Below, piece after piece: positions 56,896 to 58,689 of a stretch of DNA of 58,689 nt (its first letter is position 1; the number at the start of each line of letters is the position of its first letter). This stretch comes from a virus. Its lineage: Duplodnaviria > Caudoviricetes. The position numbers were made by a program, and so were the translations under genes. The stretch lies in IMG/VR virus record IMGVR_UViG_3300008107_000212, positions 1 to 58,689 of that record. One strand, written 5' to 3'. The notes under the pieces are model-generated. The model was not told the origin of the DNA, did not search any database, and worked only from the letters and a program-made list of their open reading frames with translations.

Positions 56896-57345
56896 TTAAC
56901 GGCAGTGATAATCTGCCGCTTTTGTAGCAATTTGAATATCAGGTTTGACATTCACTTTGTATCCCAACGATAGGGCCCAACCACGAGTTGCTCCTATAAG
57001 TTTGTGGCTAGGTGCAATTTCGTCTTGGTTATAGTCCATATCAATTTCAACATTTATGTTGATTTGTTGGGTAAACCATTCTGCCACTTCCAATGTACGA
57101 ACACATTCATTAAATAATCTTGTGAACATATCGCGCACTAGTGGAACTTTTTCTTTTGTATAGATATAGTGAACACCTCTGATACCAAAACGATATGCTA
57201 TTACAGTTACATATGATGTTTCTAATCCTATATTTTGAGAATCAGTACCAATATGAACTTTTAGATTAGGATACCTTTTCATTATCTCTAAGGTATGTTC
57301 AACAACATCTACCACTCTGTTGTCTACTGATTTGAACCTTTTCAT
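56896..57345 (-). CDS. RNase H-like YkuK-family protein
   Basis: VHIGTDSQ, RLFNE, IDMDYN and KPDIQIATKAAD. Confidence 0.8.
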   Translation of the reverse strand: MKRFKSVDNRVVDVVEHTLEIMKRYPNLKVHIGTDSQNIGLETSYVTVIAYRFGIRGVHYIYTKEKVPLVRDMFTRLFNECVRTLEVAEWFTQQININVEIDMDYNQDEIAPSHKLIGATRGWALSLGYKVNVKPDIQIATKAADYHCR

Positions 57346-57360
57346 TTTATTAAATTTTAG

Positions 57361-57434
57361 TAGCGAAAAGCAGAATCGAACTGCTAACCTCAGGGATATG
57401 AATCCTGCGCTCTAACCAATTGAGCTATTTCGCC
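57361..57434 (-). tRNA. tRNA-Met(CAT), elongator-like
   Basis: CAGGA-TTCATAT-CCCTG. Confidence 0.8.
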
Positions 57435-57440
57435 GGGTTG

Positions 57441-57511
57441 CATAGGTGTGAGGATTCGAACCTCAAACTGCGATTTTGGAGACCGTAATGATACCATTTC
57501 ACCACACCTAC
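57441..57511 (-). tRNA. tRNA-Trp(CCA)
   Basis: CTCCAAA loop; G73. Confidence 0.85.
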
Positions 57512-57521
57512 ATTATTTTAG

Positions 57522-57592
57522 AGGTACTGATTGGAATTGAACCAATATAAGAGCTTTTGCAGAGCTCCACCTTACCAGTCGGACACAGTACC
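57522..57592 (-). tRNA. tRNA-Cys(GCA)
   Basis: GAGCT-CTGCAAA-AGCTC; U73. Confidence 0.9.
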
Positions 57593-57598
57593 AAATTG

Positions 57599-57670
57599 TA
57601 GCTCCTAAACGATTCGAACGTTTAACACTTCGTCCGTAGCGAAGCAGTTTATCCATTAGCCTAAGGAGCC
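57599..57670 (-). tRNA. tRNA-Arg(ACG)
   Basis: CTTCG-CTACGGA-CGAAG. Confidence 0.88.
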
Positions 57671-57675
57671 TTGTG

Positions 57676-57749
57676 TTGGAATAGCCGGATTCGAACCAGC
57701 GACCTTTTGAATATCAGTCAAATGCTCTAACCAACTGAGCTATATTCCA
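57676..57749 (-). tRNA. tRNA-Ile(GAT)
   Basis: TTTGA-CTGATAT-TCAAA. Confidence 0.9.
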
Positions 57750-57754
57750 ATGTG

Positions 57755-57836
57755 TGCCTGCAGAAGGACTCGAACCTCCGAACTCAAACGAGAACTAATT
57801 TACAGTCAGTTGCAATTGCCGCTATGCGATACAGGC
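57755..57836 (-). tRNA. tRNA-Tyr(GTA)
   Basis: ACTGA-CTGTAAA-TTAGT; long variable arm. Confidence 0.9.
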
Positions 57837-57845
57837 GTATTTGTG

Positions 57846-57919
57846 TGGTGAATGGTTGGATTCGAACCAACGACGCGAGGCTCTTCAGGCCTCCGCTCTA
57901 CCAACTGAGCTACATCACC
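57846..57919 (-). tRNA. tRNA-Phe(GAA)
   Basis: GAGGC-CTGAAGA-GCCTC; one extra base in the 3' acceptor strand. Confidence 0.85.
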
Positions 57920-57924
57920 AAATG

Positions 57925-58058
57925 AACACAATGTTGGAGTACCCATCTCGCTCCAATCTTAACTGCTTATTCGTAGTTTTACGAGGCCTCGGCAGAGGGT
58001 GCTAACTCCATATAGAGACCTGCGCTGGTCTTTGTTCCATATTTCTGTTCATTGTGTT
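57925..58058 (-). ncRNA. Unclassified structured RNA candidate (~135 nt)
   Basis: 9-bp closing stem AACACAATG/CATTGTGTT with nested hairpins. Confidence 0.45.
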
Positions 58059-58061
58059 TTG

Positions 58062-58157
58062 TAGTCAGGACAGGAATCGAACCTGTGAGTATAGGATTAG
58101 CGCTTAGCCTATACACATCTTATTTCTAGAGTGCGTCTACCATTCCGCCACCTGACT
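58062..58157 (-). ncRNA. tRNA-like RNA A1 (non-canonical anticodon arm, long variable arm)
   Basis: AGTCAGG/CCTGACT acceptor, GGCGGAATGGTAGACGC D arm, ACAGG-TTCGATT-CCTGT T arm. Confidence 0.7.
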
Positions 58158-58161
58158 ATGT

Positions 58162-58266
58162 GCGTGTCTTTCCACGCTGTCACCAATTTTGATAGGCTCA
58201 TCGGATAGGTTCATCGGACAGTCTCAAAGACCTTTGATGACTACCTAACCAGCACTTGAGATTGGA
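58162..58266 (-). ncRNA. Structured spacer RNA candidate
   Basis: CCAAT/ATTGG stem, 13-nt direct repeat TCCGATGARCCTA x2, terminal GCGTG-GAAAGA-CACGC hairpin. Confidence 0.35.
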
Positions 58267-58271
58267 ACTCC

Positions 58272-58378
58272 TGGAGGTCAGGACAGGATTCGAACCTGTA
58301 CAATGTATGGTATTCGTTACCTTATATTTCCATACTCCCTAAACTAAGGGTGCGTATATCCAATATCGCCACCTGACT
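58272..58378 (-). ncRNA. tRNA-like RNA A2 (paralogue of A1, encoded CCA)
   Basis: AGTCAGG/CCTGACC-T-CCA, same T stem, 6-nt loop in place of an anticodon loop. Confidence 0.7.
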
Positions 58379-58384
58379 ATATTG

Positions 58385-58488
58385 TCCACTCTGTTGGGTT
58401 CGAACCAACTTACTCGCTCTGTGTTCGGATACTGCAGTACCAGGCGACACAGAGGTCAGTGTGTTTTACCACATAACACTAAGAGTGA
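58385..58488 (-). ncRNA. tRNA-like RNA B (anticodon arm replaced by a long stem)
   Basis: TCACTCT/AGAGTGG acceptor, GTGTT/AACAC D arm, GTTGG-TTCGAAC-CCAAC T arm, CTCTGTGT/ACACAGAG central stem. Confidence 0.65.
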
Positions 58489-58489
58489 G

Positions 58490-58564
58490 TACACCTTGCT
58501 AGATTCGAACTAGCGACCCTTTGCTTGTAAAACAAATGCTCTGAACCTGCTGAGCTAAAGGTGT
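58490..58564 (-). tRNA. tRNA-Val(TAC)
   Basis: TTTGT-TTTACAA-GCAAA. Confidence 0.88.
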
Positions 58565-58569
58565 AAATG

Positions 58570-58643
58570 TGACCCCATCGGGACTCGAACCCGAAACCTT
58601 CGCATTAAAAGTGCGAAGCTCTAACCAATTGAGCTACGAGGTC
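58570..58643 (-). tRNA. tRNA-Lys(TTT)
   Basis: TCGCA-CTTTTAA-TGCGA. Confidence 0.9.
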
Positions 58644-58648
58644 TTTTG

Positions 58649-58689
58649 TACTCCCGACAGGACTTGAACCTGTAACCTCGATGGTATAA
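58649..58689 (-). tRNA. Partial tRNA, probably Ile(TAT); 5' half outside the window
   Basis: T-TAT-AC-CATCG-AGGTT-ACAGG-TTCAAGT-CCTGT-CGGGAGT-A. Confidence 0.6.

Noticed and set aside
57925-58058. glmS or hammerhead ribozyme
   Set aside because: AGCGCAGG and CTGCCGAG fragments do not complete the conserved cores
55234-58689. Stop-codon recoding or suppressor tRNA
   Set aside because: No CTA/TCA/TTA anticodon found, and long conserved genes translate uninterrupted in the standard code

Overview
A 58.7-kb segment of a large, AT-rich T4-like (myovirus-type) bacteriophage genome with essentially every real gene on the minus strand. The host is probably a Bacteroidota bacterium (inference from no obvious Shine-Dalgarno sites, TTGG..TATATTTA promoter-like boxes and an AFA|Q signal peptide). 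Left to right it holds: a Gly-Thr-Ser collagen-like fibre gene (cut by the window edge); neck/tail-completion genes; phoH; the head module (major capsid protein, scaffold, prohead protease, portal, large terminase); a ~14-kb block of accessory genes; exonuclease, primase and GIY-YIG genes; a baseplate/tail module; a gp55-like sigma factor; an HD hydrolase; and a dense array of 21 complete tRNAs plus one truncated tRNA, interleaved with tRNA-like and other structured RNAs. Main candidates for something new: (1) about 20 unrelated proteins (LRR binders, a kinase, a four-domain enzyme, a ParB-like protein) share short amphipathic leaders ending in (L/I)-x-E, and some copy the scaffold's C-terminal QKLAGI motif, which suggests a large capsid-packaged, protease-matured cargo system; (2) two LRR paralogues with variable binding-face residues share an identical 82-bp cassette; (3) three tRNA-like RNAs have intact acceptor, D and T arms but rebuilt anticodon/variable arms; (4) a conserved ATATTTATA box lies just upstream of 16 genes and is the reverse complement of the T4 late promoter. 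All functional calls come from motif recognition by eye; no searches were run.
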